DNA from: an uncultured delta proteobacterium
GTDB lineage: Bacteria > Desulfobacterota > Binatia > UBA9968
Assembly: GCA_963727625.1 (NCBI GenBank)
Contig: CAVSHR010000004.1
Location: forward strand, 768,001-832,000
Direction: 5' to 3'
DNA length: 64,000 bases
The first letter of the stretch is position 1. Every line of letters begins with the position of its first letter. Below the pieces are notes generated by a model that searched no databases, was not told the origin of the DNA, and saw only the letters and a list, made by a program, of their open reading frames with translations. Positions 19,447-27,997 of the stretch are shown here, piece after piece. The translations under genes and the position numbers were made by a program.

Positions 19447-19669
19447 GTTGATTCATCGTACTGCAAAGAGCAAATCGAACCGCACGATCCCGTACCAAGA
19501 CTGAAGTAAAGCCGTCAAACCTCGATCCCGCGCTCGCCGAATCGCGCAATATCATGAAGCTCTATGCCGCGATGCTCTCAAACCAGATTAATCCAACCAT
19601 GAGTATGAACGTAAGATCGACTCGCCGCGATTATTCTGTTCGCAACTTCAGTCTTAACCACTCGACGGC

Positions 19670-20056
19670 ATGAAACGAAATCGCAAGGCACTTGGGTTGT
19701 TGATGATCGGCGTTTTTCTTGGCATGGCGATCTGGTTTTTCTCGCCCTGGCTTACCGGGAAGGTCGAACCCTGGGACTCGGACGCGCCGATTTGGTCTCT
19801 GTCTTGGTTGGTGGTCGCGCTTTTCGGCGGCGTCACGGGCCATGTTTGCGGCGTGTGCTTGCCGATCGGTTACGCGCTGGGCCGGATGCTGGTCACAATC
19901 CGGTCTGTCTTCTTTGGGCCGTTTGGAGCATTGGGCTGGCTGTTCATAGCAGGCTATGCGATGGCTGCTGTAATTGTCACGTTGGCTCTTGTCGGTGCAA
20001 CGACAACGCTAAAATGGGCTTGGCGCACGCGGAGCGGCAAGGTCGTTGGCGTGTAA
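19670..20056 (+). CDS. Hypothetical membrane protein
   Basis: About 4 TM segments; SPWLTGKVEPWD. Confidence 0.7.
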   Translation: MKRNRKALGLLMIGVFLGMAIWFFSPWLTGKVEPWDSDAPIWSLSWLVVALFGGVTGHVCGVCLPIGYALGRMLVTIRSVFFGPFGALGWLFIAGYAMAAVIVTLALVGATTTLKWAWRTRSGKVVGV

Positions 20057-20211
20057 TTCCTCCATCGAACCAAGGTTTTAAAATATTCAACCCCCGAGTA
20101 GAATGGCCGACAAATCATTGTTATCGTAAGTGCTCAACCACCCGTACCAAACCGACCAAAATGTTCTAAATTAGTTCCGATTTTTTGTCGACCAACTATT
20201 AAGGAGGACTC

Positions 20212-20664
20212 ATGTTTCGTTCCCTGCCCTTTCTATTAGCGTCGCTCTTAACAGTATAATCAGCGGCCTTTGGCGCCGATGGTCTGATCTCGGTCAAGAG
20301 CCCCTTTCCAGTGAAAGAAACGATGAACCGGTTCGAGCAATTAGCCAAGAAACGCGGTCTCAATATCTTCGCGCGTGTCGACCACGCAGCCGGCGCGGCA
20401 AAGGTGGGCAAGACGTTGCGGCCCACGGAGGTAATCATCTTCGGTAATCCGCAAGGCGGCACGCCATTCATGGAATGCGCGCAGTCCGTCGGCATCGATC
20501 TGCCGCTCAAGGCGCTTGTCTGGGAGGACGCTCAGGGTCAGGTGTGGCTCGGCTACAACGACCCGGCGTTCCTGGCTAAGCGTCATGGCGCGCCTCAGTG
20601 TCCTGCGGTGGGCGGTTTGACCAAGGCGTTGGCCGGTCTTGCTAAGGCGACGATTGCTCGATGA
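20212..20664 (+). pseudogene. DUF302-family protein with a nonsense codon in the signal peptide
   Basis: RBS aaggagg + ATG 20212, in frame with FARVDHAAGA..IFGNP..GTP..IDLPLK; in-frame TAA at 20257-20259. Confidence 0.8.
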
Positions 20665-20698
20665 GCCGAGAACGCAGGCTACATTACTTCGAGGGATT

Positions 20699-20840
20699 CG
20701 CACGGGTAGGGCCTGCAGGGAGCGAGCAATTCGTAGAGAGGATCGAAAGGTTAACGGGCCGTCAGCTGGGGATGCGAAAAGCAGGGCGTCCACTTAAGCG
20801 CACCTCGTAAGAAATTGGAATTGTGTCCCCGGAATACCCG
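20699..20840 (+). mobile_element. 3' remnant of a REP-associated Y1 (RAYT-like) transposase
   Basis: RTGR/(+1 shift)PAGSEQFVERIERLTGRQLGMRKAGRP*, followed by tgtgtccccggaat. Confidence 0.6.
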
Positions 20841-20845
20841 TGTAG

Positions 20846-21301
20846 ATGATGAAAGCACACATCTTGCTTGTCCAGTTGGCTTTGGTCGCCTGTTTGCCGG
20901 CATATGTAGCTTCCGCGCAACCGGACTCGTGCGAGTACTTTTTCTCGGCTTTGAGATCAGTTCCACACGAAAAGTTAACCCGCATTGAAGGAGCGCACAA
21001 GTCTCTTTGGGATGGAAAGAAGTATACTGGATGCGAGGTTAAGTTCGTAACCAACGACAAATTGCTTTCTGGCAGAAGGGTCCCAGATTTTGATCCTATT
21101 AAAGACTCAGAGATGCATCGTAAGGGCTGGCGGATGAACAACTCGTTTGTGGCCGATGGACCAGGTACAGGTGTATTTGGAATCGAAAAAGAGTCTGTTC
21201 TATGCCTTGTCAGGCATGAGCAACCAGCCCATCTGGATGATCACGGCAATATTATGCAAAGCGAGACGCTGAGTGTTACGGTTCAATGTAGGTACAGGTA
21301 A
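20846..21301 (+). CDS. Exported hypothetical cassette protein
   Basis: Signal peptide, 4 Cys in the mature part, stop directly before an attC. Confidence 0.75.
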   Translation: MMKAHILLVQLALVACLPAYVASAQPDSCEYFFSALRSVPHEKLTRIEGAHKSLWDGKKYTGCEVKFVTNDKLLSGRRVPDFDPIKDSEMHRKGWRMNNSFVADGPGTGVFGIEKESVLCLVRHEQPAHLDDHGNIMQSETLSVTVQCRYR

Positions 21302-21302
21302 A

Positions 21303-21382
21303 GCATAACCCTTGGCTTGAGACAGACCCTCGTCCCGCCACTTGATGGGCGGGGACCCCGCTTCTCAGCCTGAACGTTAGAT
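21303..21382 (+). repeat. attC site
   Basis: R'' gcataac, ggcttgaga...tctcagcc, inner stem gtcccgcc/ggcggggac, R' gttagat. Confidence 0.9.
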
Positions 21383-21440
21383 ATCGAGGGTTCTCAGCGT
21401 CGTGGTTGGTAGGTAGCAAAACTAGAACCGGAGGGAAGGA

Positions 21441-21638
21441 ATGTCTTCTCGCGCCTATCTGGTCATCTCTGGTGTCATCTTCGGAATTGTCGCAGTTCTT
21501 CATTTGCTTCGCCTTGTCAACGGCTGGGCGTTAGAGCTCGGTCCGTGGTCCGCGCCAATATGGCTGTCTTGGTTGGGCGCGGTGGTTCCGGCTCTTCTCT
21601 GCATCTGGGCCTTTCGTTTGGCAAGACAATCGCTTTGA
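21441..21638 (+). CDS. Small 2-TM membrane protein
   Basis: RBS; IFGIVAVLHLLRL..PIWLSW. Confidence 0.7.
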   Translation: MSSRAYLVISGVIFGIVAVLHLLRLVNGWALELGPWSAPIWLSWLGAVVPALLCIWAFRLARQSL

Positions 21639-21752
21639 GAATGGATTGCGGGTGAGGTACGATTAGCCCGTTTCGCGGGCGCTTGAGCCCGGAAATTACG
21701 GCGGTGTGGGCCGCTGATTAAGCTAACGTTAGAACTCTACCGCCTGTATGCC

Positions 21753-22223
21753 ATGATCTCGATCGACATTCCCGGCTTCCGCAAGCTTGAGCTGGCACAC
21801 CTCGTATCTGACTACAACGGCACACTGGCTCTCGACGGCAAACTGTTGCCTGGCGTTGCGGAGGCACTGTCCGACCTCGCACCCAAACTTCACATTCACG
21901 TCATCACAGCGGACACCTTCGGCTTTGCCAAGGCACAACTCGCAGCGCTTCCTGTTAAGCTGAAAATCATACCGGTCGAATCGCAAGCCGAGGCTAAACT
22001 GCAGTTTTTGTCCGAATTGGGAGCCGATACGGTCGTTGCCATCGGCAATGGCCGCAACGATCGCAAAATGTTGAAGGCCGCCGCCCTGGGCATCGCCCTC
22101 GTTCAAACCGAAGGCGGCGCGGCAGAAACTCTCGCAAGCGCCGATGTCGCCAGCACGAGCATCCTCGACGCGCTGGAGCTTCTGCGCAATCCAAAGCGCC
22201 TCGTCGCCACGCTGAGATCATGA
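21753..22223 (+). CDS. HAD-superfamily hydrolase (soluble P-type ATPase-like)
   Basis: SDYNGTLA, ITADTFG, AIGNGRND; preceded by R'-like gttagaa at 21728. Confidence 0.85.
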   Translation: MISIDIPGFRKLELAHLVSDYNGTLALDGKLLPGVAEALSDLAPKLHIHVITADTFGFAKAQLAALPVKLKIIPVESQAEAKLQFLSELGADTVVAIGNGRNDRKMLKAAALGIALVQTEGGAAETLASADVASTSILDALELLRNPKRLVATLRS

Positions 22224-22496
22224 AATGGTAAGTCTCAGCCGCTTGATAGACGAGAAAGATCCGAATTGTCTCAGACGCCTGTGATAGCGGTTGAAACTCT
22301 TCGCTGCTCGAAAATGTGGTTTGCCCACGTGGTGATGTCGCTTGACCGACCTGCCTATTTAGGAATATAGGTTGCAAAACCTCCGGAGACATGGTCGAGG
22401 AAAACGCCCATGGCAAATCCCACCGAAAGACTTTCTTCTCACCTCTCCAGCCGTGCCGGCACCGGAGCAATTCCCGCGCTCAGCGTTCCGGTATGG

Positions 22497-22586
22497 ACGG
22501 CGCAAGAACTGCTTGGGCACCGCCATGTGGACACCACGATGATATACACGCATATTCTAAACCGCGGTGGCAAAGGGGTTCAATGA
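22497..22586 (+). pseudogene. intI: Integron integrase catalytic C-terminal fragment
   Basis: Reads [28 protein letters not shown]: tyrosine recombinase box II plus the IntI-type NRGG tail; absent from the supplied ORF track. Confidence 0.85.
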
Positions 22587-23029
22587 AGAAACTCCTCATC
22601 TTGGCGCTCGCCGCAATTGGCGCGGCCACAATTCTCGGTGGCGTAGCGTTTTTCGTTTTTGGCCCGGGGTTTCTGTATTTTGGTATGGCTGGTGGGTCCG
22701 ACTACAAAATTGAGAAGACCGTGCCTTCACCGAGCGGCGCGTATGTAGCGACGCTTTACACTGGCATGGGCGGCGGTGCGGCTGGATCGTGCTCTCAAGT
22801 TATCTCGATCAATACCGTCTCCGAACCACTTTCTTTAGAAGTGGAGAAGAGTTCGGGGCAATACCAGGTATTTCGCGCCAGTTGCAGCGCTAAGGTCACC
22901 TTTCAATGGCTCTCGAATTCAGCCCTTCAGATCGGCTTCGCTGGAACAGACCAAGGCGGTCTGTCCCTTTACTTAAAGCCAATGGATTACTCCGGTCAAG
23001 TCACCTTCGAGTATAGCCTTGGCGCCTAA
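22583..23029 (+). CDS. Hypothetical membrane-anchored cassette protein
   Basis: Start MKKLLIL at 22583; [14 protein letters not shown]; stop lies inside the attC R''. Confidence 0.75.
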   Translation: MKKLLILALAAIGAATILGGVAFFVFGPGFLYFGMAGGSDYKIEKTVPSPSGAYVATLYTGMGGGAAGSCSQVISINTVSEPLSLEVEKSSGQYQVFRASCSAKVTFQWLSNSALQIGFAGTDQGGLSLYLKPMDYSGQVTFEYSLGA

Positions 23030-23149
23030 CCAATCGCTCCACCGTGCCGGTTCAGCGCTAGTCAGCGCGCGCGTCCGTGCGTACTCGACAGTTTGCGCCG
23101 GCCGCGCGCCTCGAACGTTGCCACCGGCCGGTGAGCTCAATCGTTCGCC
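23024..23149 (+). repeat. attC site
   Basis: R'' gcctaac, gctccaccgtgccgg...ccggccggtgagc, R' gttcgcc. Confidence 0.9.
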
Positions 23150-23155
23150 CGCTAA

Positions 23156-23860
23156 ATGGACACGCTAGACACCATAGTTTTAGCATTCCAGGTTGTGTTC
23201 TACGGGATTGGTTTAGCTCTTCTGATCGGAATTGTTCTGGCATGGCGAAGACGTTCGCGAGTTGTGTTCATCAGCCTTATAGTCGGAATAGTTTTCTACT
23301 ATGCCGGCGGACTCGAAATATCGGCTCTGCCTGGATCCACTCAGTACCAGCATCTTCGGATGGCGTGGATGCTGGTGGGTCGTCCCTTCCTACTCGGTTC
23401 ACCTGTGTTCGCTTTCGACTCTGAACGTGCGTTCAATGGAGACGGATATTCGATTTATCGGTACAATCTTCCAGCGTCGATCGCGGAAGGCTTGCAGCGG
23501 CCGCCCGAAACGTTTTTCACGACGCTTCCCAAGAAGCCTTCGTACCGTTCGGAGTGGAAAACGAAATATTGGCGTCGTACACCCGTCGATCAGAGTGAGC
23601 AGGAGTTCGTGCAGTTTGCAGCGCCCATGGGAAATTTTTCCAATGGGATGAGAAGTGAACCGGGGTTTGTGGAGCTTGGTGATGCGGCGAGAAGAGAAGC
23701 CGAATTTTTGCAACAGCTTCTTCGCGAAGAGGATAACTACTACGCTTATTTTTATTTTATGGCGGGTCCGTGGAACGGTATTACTTGGCCCGGGGATATC
23801 GATTTTTTCGTTTTAAATCCACGGAGGCGAGTGCTCTACGTCATTAACAACAACACCTGA
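23156..23860 (+). CDS. Hypothetical membrane cassette protein
   Basis: Two N-terminal TMs; bounded by attC sites with near-complementary cores. Confidence 0.75.
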   Translation: MDTLDTIVLAFQVVFYGIGLALLIGIVLAWRRRSRVVFISLIVGIVFYYAGGLEISALPGSTQYQHLRMAWMLVGRPFLLGSPVFAFDSERAFNGDGYSIYRYNLPASIAEGLQRPPETFFTTLPKKPSYRSEWKTKYWRRTPVDQSEQEFVQFAAPMGNFSNGMRSEPGFVELGDAARREAEFLQQLLREEDNYYAYFYFMAGPWNGITWPGDIDFFVLNPRRRVLYVINNNT

Positions 23861-23863
23861 ACG

Positions 23864-23944
23864 GGCTAACAACCGGCTTGAGAAGGGTCTTCGACCCGCT
23901 CGGTACACTCGCTGGTCTCGCCCTCTCAGCCTGAATCGTTCGCC
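23864..23944 (+). repeat. attC site
   Basis: R'' ggctaac, ggcttgaga...tctcagcc, R' gttcgcc. Confidence 0.9.
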
Positions 23945-24000
23945 CGACCTCAGATGGTCGTGCGAACGGGTCGGCGGAATTAATACGAGAGGAGAAATAC

Positions 24001-24369
24001 ATGATAGAACACACCCTCGACGCTGAGAATTCCATTCTGTATCTTCGACCAAAGTCCGCGCTCGCGCGAGACGACTTCGTGCAACTCGCGAAAGCGGTTG
24101 ACCCATACATTGAGAAAACCGGGGGACTCGACGGTCTAATCATTGAGGCTACTACGTTTCCCGGATGGGAGAGTCTTGGAGCAATGGCGGCCCACCTCCG
24201 CTTCGTGCGAGATCATCACAAGCGTATCAAGAAGATTGGCCTCGTAACCGATTCTGCCTTGGGAAATGTCGCAGAACATCTGGCATCACACTTTGTGTCA
24301 GCCGAGATCAGGCATTTTTCTGCGGGGGAGATTGAGGCTGCAAAGCAATGGATCATGGACCGCAGTTGA
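24001..24369 (+). CDS. STAS/SEC14 (SpoIIAA-like) domain protein
   Basis: FPGWESLGAM..HLRFVRDHHKRIKKIGLVTD..EIRHF..AKQWI. Confidence 0.85.
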   Translation: MIEHTLDAENSILYLRPKSALARDDFVQLAKAVDPYIEKTGGLDGLIIEATTFPGWESLGAMAAHLRFVRDHHKRIKKIGLVTDSALGNVAEHLASHFVSAEIRHFSAGEIEAAKQWIMDRS

Positions 24370-24372
24370 TTC

Positions 24373-24442
24373 GCCTAACACGACGCTCCACCCGCCTGCT
24401 CACCGCTACGCGGTTCGCAGCGGGTAAGCTTAGTCGCTACGC
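24373..24442 (+). repeat. Terminal attC site, R' mutated
   Basis: R'' gcctaac, gctccacccgc...gcgggtaagc, 6 nt, gctacgc (GCT instead of GTT). Confidence 0.75.
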
Positions 24443-24465
24443 TTGGACCGGATGTCCCAACGAAC

Positions 24466-25725
24466 TCAGCAAGCCTTCCGCAGTGCACGTGGTCGGGAAA
24501 TTTTGCTCGACAAGATAACTGGAACCACCCCATCGATATACATAAAAAACCGCCCTACGGCTTGATGATCAGCGACGACTGCTCTTCTTCCTTCTTCTGC
24601 CTTTTCCTGCGACATGAAGTAAGCGAAGCTCTTCTGCACAAGGCCGGTGAGAAAAGACACGTCGAGCGGGCCGGGGTCGCCTTCGCCGACTTGCAAACCG
24701 ACGGCAAGGGAGAGCTTCGCCTGCTCCGGCCGCTGGGTTTCGAAGAAATAGAGCGCCATGTCTTCCATGCGCCGCTTGAAAGCCTTGCCGTTGTCCCCGC
24801 TGCAAAGCGCTTTAACCGCTTCGCGCACGATGGCGGATAGGCGCTCTTCTTTTTGCAGCGGATTGAGCACCAGCCGGCTGGTCTGCGCTTCTTGGATCTG
24901 CGGCAAATAGGCTTGGACCCAGTCGTCGGTCAAAATCCAGTAGCGCAGCTCGGGCTCGTCGAGCAGGCGGCGCGACAGTTCCCGCCAGGCGCCGTCGCGC
25001 GCTTCTTCCGCGGCTAACTTTTCATAGATCGGGTGGCTGACCTCTTTGGGCTTGCCGGTGGCGATGACCGAGCGAATCTCGTGAAAGTTTTCCAGGCCGC
25101 TCTGGCCGCGCGCCTTGGCGTGCTCGTAGCCCTCGTACATTATTTGATCGGCGTATTCCCAGGGAATCGAGATCATGCTGACTTCATGTTGCCGCTTGAT
25201 CTCGTCGGCCATATTGCGCAGCTCTTTGCGCCGCATCTGCATGCCGCCGACGCGCAGCAATCCTTCACGGTCATGCAGCATCGCTTGAATGACTCGTAAT
25301 CCATGGCTCGGCTGCGCCCTGGCGATCCAGATCAGCCGCCCGCCGCCGCCGTCCACCGCCGACATATAGGCTTCGATCTCCGGGCCATGGCTAAATAGCG
25401 GCGCGGCGGATGTCGCTTCACCCGCCGCAGGCTGGGGCACCGCGAAGCCGCGCTGCGCCAATTTAAAAAGTGCGCGCTTGATTTCTTTCTTGATCTCCTT
25501 GCCGGCCATCTGCCGCTCGATCTCGCCGAGCGCCTGCACCGCTGCCGCATCAGCGATTTTACCCAATGAAAATACCACCGCCAGATCCGTTTCCCGGCCC
25601 TTGCCCAACTGTTCCCGCAGTCTAGCGACGAGGGTCGGGGAGTCGGCAGCGAAGTCCACGCCTGCTTTGGCGAGCTCGTCCATGCCGCGGCGGATCGTCT
25701 CGTCGATATTTTTCTTCTTGGCCAA
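24466..25725 (-). CDS. Hypothetical protein with HEAT-like N-terminus; probable frameshift near the C-terminus
   Basis: 419-aa ORF; an alternative frame ends EEEQSSLIIKP* at 24555. Confidence 0.7.
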   Translation of the reverse strand: MAKKKNIDETIRRGMDELAKAGVDFAADSPTLVARLREQLGKGRETDLAVVFSLGKIADAAAVQALGEIERQMAGKEIKKEIKRALFKLAQRGFAVPQPAAGEATSAAPLFSHGPEIEAYMSAVDGGGGRLIWIARAQPSHGLRVIQAMLHDREGLLRVGGMQMRRKELRNMADEIKRQHEVSMISIPWEYADQIMYEGYEHAKARGQSGLENFHEIRSVIATGKPKEVSHPIYEKLAAEEARDGAWRELSRRLLDEPELRYWILTDDWVQAYLPQIQEAQTSRLVLNPLQKEERLSAIVREAVKALCSGDNGKAFKRRMEDMALYFFETQRPEQAKLSLAVGLQVGEGDPGPLDVSFLTGLVQKSFAYFMSQEKAEEGRRAVVADHQAVGRFFMYIDGVVPVILSSKISRPRALRKAC

Positions 25726-25903
25726 ACTCTCGTATCCTATGATTCACGAACGGAACAAACTTAGACTCTTAACTGTAACACTAGCTGAATACTGCTTCCG
25801 AACGTCAATCGAGTCGCCTAGATCGCGCGCTAGGCTCGGGATGACATACACGAAGCGAGGCAGCTTGCTTCAAGTCGATTTGAAATCAAATTTACGCCGG
25901 CTC

Positions 25904-26845
25904 CTACAGTCTCGACAGATCCGTGATCTTCCCCTGCCTGCCGGCGAAGGCGAAGTTCGGCCACTCTTCCACCTGCGCGTCGCGATAGTTGTCGCGATAC
26001 CATTGGGCGACTTCACCGGCGGTGGCGAACCAGACCTTGCCATGCTTCTTGGCGTAGCGAATAAACTCGCGCAACAGCAGCGCGCGAAACGGCCGGCCAC
26101 CGACGAACGGATGGTTGCCCCACATCATGAACTTCGGATCGGTGGCGCCTTCTTCGTAAAGACAATCGAAGCAATCCTTCCACATCTGCAACAGATCGCG
26201 CGGCGTGCGCCCGGCGCGCTGGTAGCTGGAATAGTCGTTCAAGTCCTGGAAGTATGCGAGCACCGTCAGCTCTTTACGCTTAACTTTTAAAGTATAGGGC
26301 GTTTCTTGATGCTGTGGGTCCATCCAGTACCTATAACCCAGCTCCAAAATAATCTCAGGGGTCACGGCGCTCGGCGCCACGCCGGTCGAAAGATAACCCA
26401 CCGGCGCCTTACCGATGACTTTTTTCACCGCGGCGACGGTTTTTTGCAGATCTTTTTTCTCGGTCGCGCGCCTTTTCATGTAGCTGTAATCATGAATCCA
26501 GGTTTCCGTGCCGATCTCGTGCCCATATTCGGCGGCTTCTTTAAAAATCTCCGGATAATTTTGCACGGTGATGCCGGTGGGGAAAAAGCTGGTACGGATC
26601 TTCTCTTTTTCGAAGACTTCGAGCATGCGATAAATGCCCACCCGCTCGCCGAATTCACGGTCAGTGATGATCGCCAGATTTTTCTTGGTGACTGCGTTTC
26701 TTGGGAAGCTCCGCCGATTTTCCTGTTGCAGCGTATTCGGCCCGCCGAGATCCTCCGGCCAAGTTTCGAAAGCCACGCAGGGCGTGATCGCGATGCGCGC
26801 GCCATTGGGCCATTTGATCGGTTTTCGCTTCGGTCTGACTTTCAT
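25904..26845 (-). CDS. Polysaccharide deacetylase family (PuuE-like)
   Basis: WPNGARIA, EFGERVGIYR, GHEIG, HPFVGGRPFR, VWFAT. Confidence 0.85.
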   Translation of the reverse strand: MKVRPKRKPIKWPNGARIAITPCVAFETWPEDLGGPNTLQQENRRSFPRNAVTKKNLAIITDREFGERVGIYRMLEVFEKEKIRTSFFPTGITVQNYPEIFKEAAEYGHEIGTETWIHDYSYMKRRATEKKDLQKTVAAVKKVIGKAPVGYLSTGVAPSAVTPEIILELGYRYWMDPQHQETPYTLKVKRKELTVLAYFQDLNDYSSYQRAGRTPRDLLQMWKDCFDCLYEEGATDPKFMMWGNHPFVGGRPFRALLLREFIRYAKKHGKVWFATAGEVAQWYRDNYRDAQVEEWPNFAFAGRQGKITDLSRL

Positions 26846-27100
26846 ACTGCCTCCTTCGGCTGGTGAATTTTTCTAGTCATGCCATGTTTCGATGGTCTTG
26901 CCAACCGACTTCCGCCATTCGCGGCGAACTTCTCGGATTCACCGGATAGGTTCCCTCCGGGGCCCTAGACCGCAATTTTGAACCTTAACATTCCAATGTT
27001 TTTTCGCTGATTTGCATTGTCTACGCCGGTGCCGTGCTATTGACTTGCGCGGGGATGCCAGCTAATTCATTTAATTGATTTTGAACGAGGAGGCTGAGCC

Positions 27101-27892
27101 ATGGCAGATGCAAAAATGATCGAATACCGTGTCGATAACGGCGTGGCGGTGCTGGAAATTAACCGGCCGCCGGTCAACAGTTATAACACTGAATTATTGA
27201 AGGAATTGGACGCGACGATACTCGACGCGCGCTTCGACGAAAACGTCCACGCGATCGTCATCACCGGCAAAGTCGAGAAGTTCTTCTCCGCCGGCGCCGA
27301 TATCAACATGCTGTCCAAGCAGTCGCTCGCTTTCAAAAACAACTTCGCGCTGCACGGCCATGAAGTGTTGATGCGGCTGGAAAACACCCCGAAGATCGTC
27401 ATCGCCGCGATCAACGGCCACGCCGTCGGCGGCGGCCTGGAAATTGCCATGGCCTGCGACATCCGCATCGCCAGGAAAGAAGGCGGCCGAGTCGGCCTGG
27501 CCGAGATCAATCTCGGCGTCATGCCTGGGATGGGCGGCACCCAGCGCCTGCCGCGCTTGGTCGGCAAAGCGCGCGCCCTGGAGCTCTGCGCCACCGGCAA
27601 GACCATCGCCTTCGAGGAAGCGCTCGACATGGGACTGGTCCACTACATCTACGAAAAAGATAATTTCATGGAGCAAGTGCTGGACTACGCCAAGCAGTTC
27701 ACCGTTCCCAACAAGAGCAGCCTAGCGGTCGGCAAAGTGAAGCGCGCCATCCAAACCGGACTCGAACTGTCTTTACCCGACGGTCTGGCGTTCGAGCGCG
27801 AGCTTTTGGCCCAAACCTTCGGCAGCGAAGACGGTCAGGAAGGCGTCAAAGCCTATCTCGAAAAACGCACGGCGCAGTTCAAAGGCAAGTAA
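27101..27892 (+). CDS. Enoyl-CoA hydratase/isomerase
   Basis: FSAGADI, AINGHAVGGGLE, AEINLGVMPGMGGTQRL. Confidence 0.95.
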   Translation: MADAKMIEYRVDNGVAVLEINRPPVNSYNTELLKELDATILDARFDENVHAIVITGKVEKFFSAGADINMLSKQSLAFKNNFALHGHEVLMRLENTPKIVIAAINGHAVGGGLEIAMACDIRIARKEGGRVGLAEINLGVMPGMGGTQRLPRLVGKARALELCATGKTIAFEEALDMGLVHYIYEKDNFMEQVLDYAKQFTVPNKSSLAVGKVKRAIQTGLELSLPDGLAFERELLAQTFGSEDGQEGVKAYLEKRTAQFKGK

Positions 27893-27917
27893 CCGGCGCT
27901 GCTATTCCCCGTTTACA

Positions 27918-27972
27918 CGTTCCAATCCGTTTAAACGTTTTGAACGGCTTGAACGATTGGAACGTCTGGAAC
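27918..27972. repeat. Inverted arrays of TGAACG-core 8-9-mers
   Basis: cgttccaat ccgtttaaa cgttt tgaacggct tgaacgatt ggaacgtct ggaac; related copies at 36038, 46528, 53283 and 58438. Confidence 0.75.
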
Positions 27973-27997
27973 TTTTTTAATTCATGGAGGTCAGCTA

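Larger units (their letters stand above)
17088..24442 (+). mobile_element. Degenerate integron cassette array without intact integrase (CALIN-like)
   Basis: Six clear and several degenerate attC sites, short co-oriented ORFs, TA pair, intI remnants, visibly more AT-rich than the flanks. Confidence 0.9.

Noticed and set aside
22391-22582. N-terminal 64 aa of the 212-aa track ORF
   Set aside because: It overlaps the integrase fragment in another frame; the hydrophobic start MKKLLIL at 22583 is more credible
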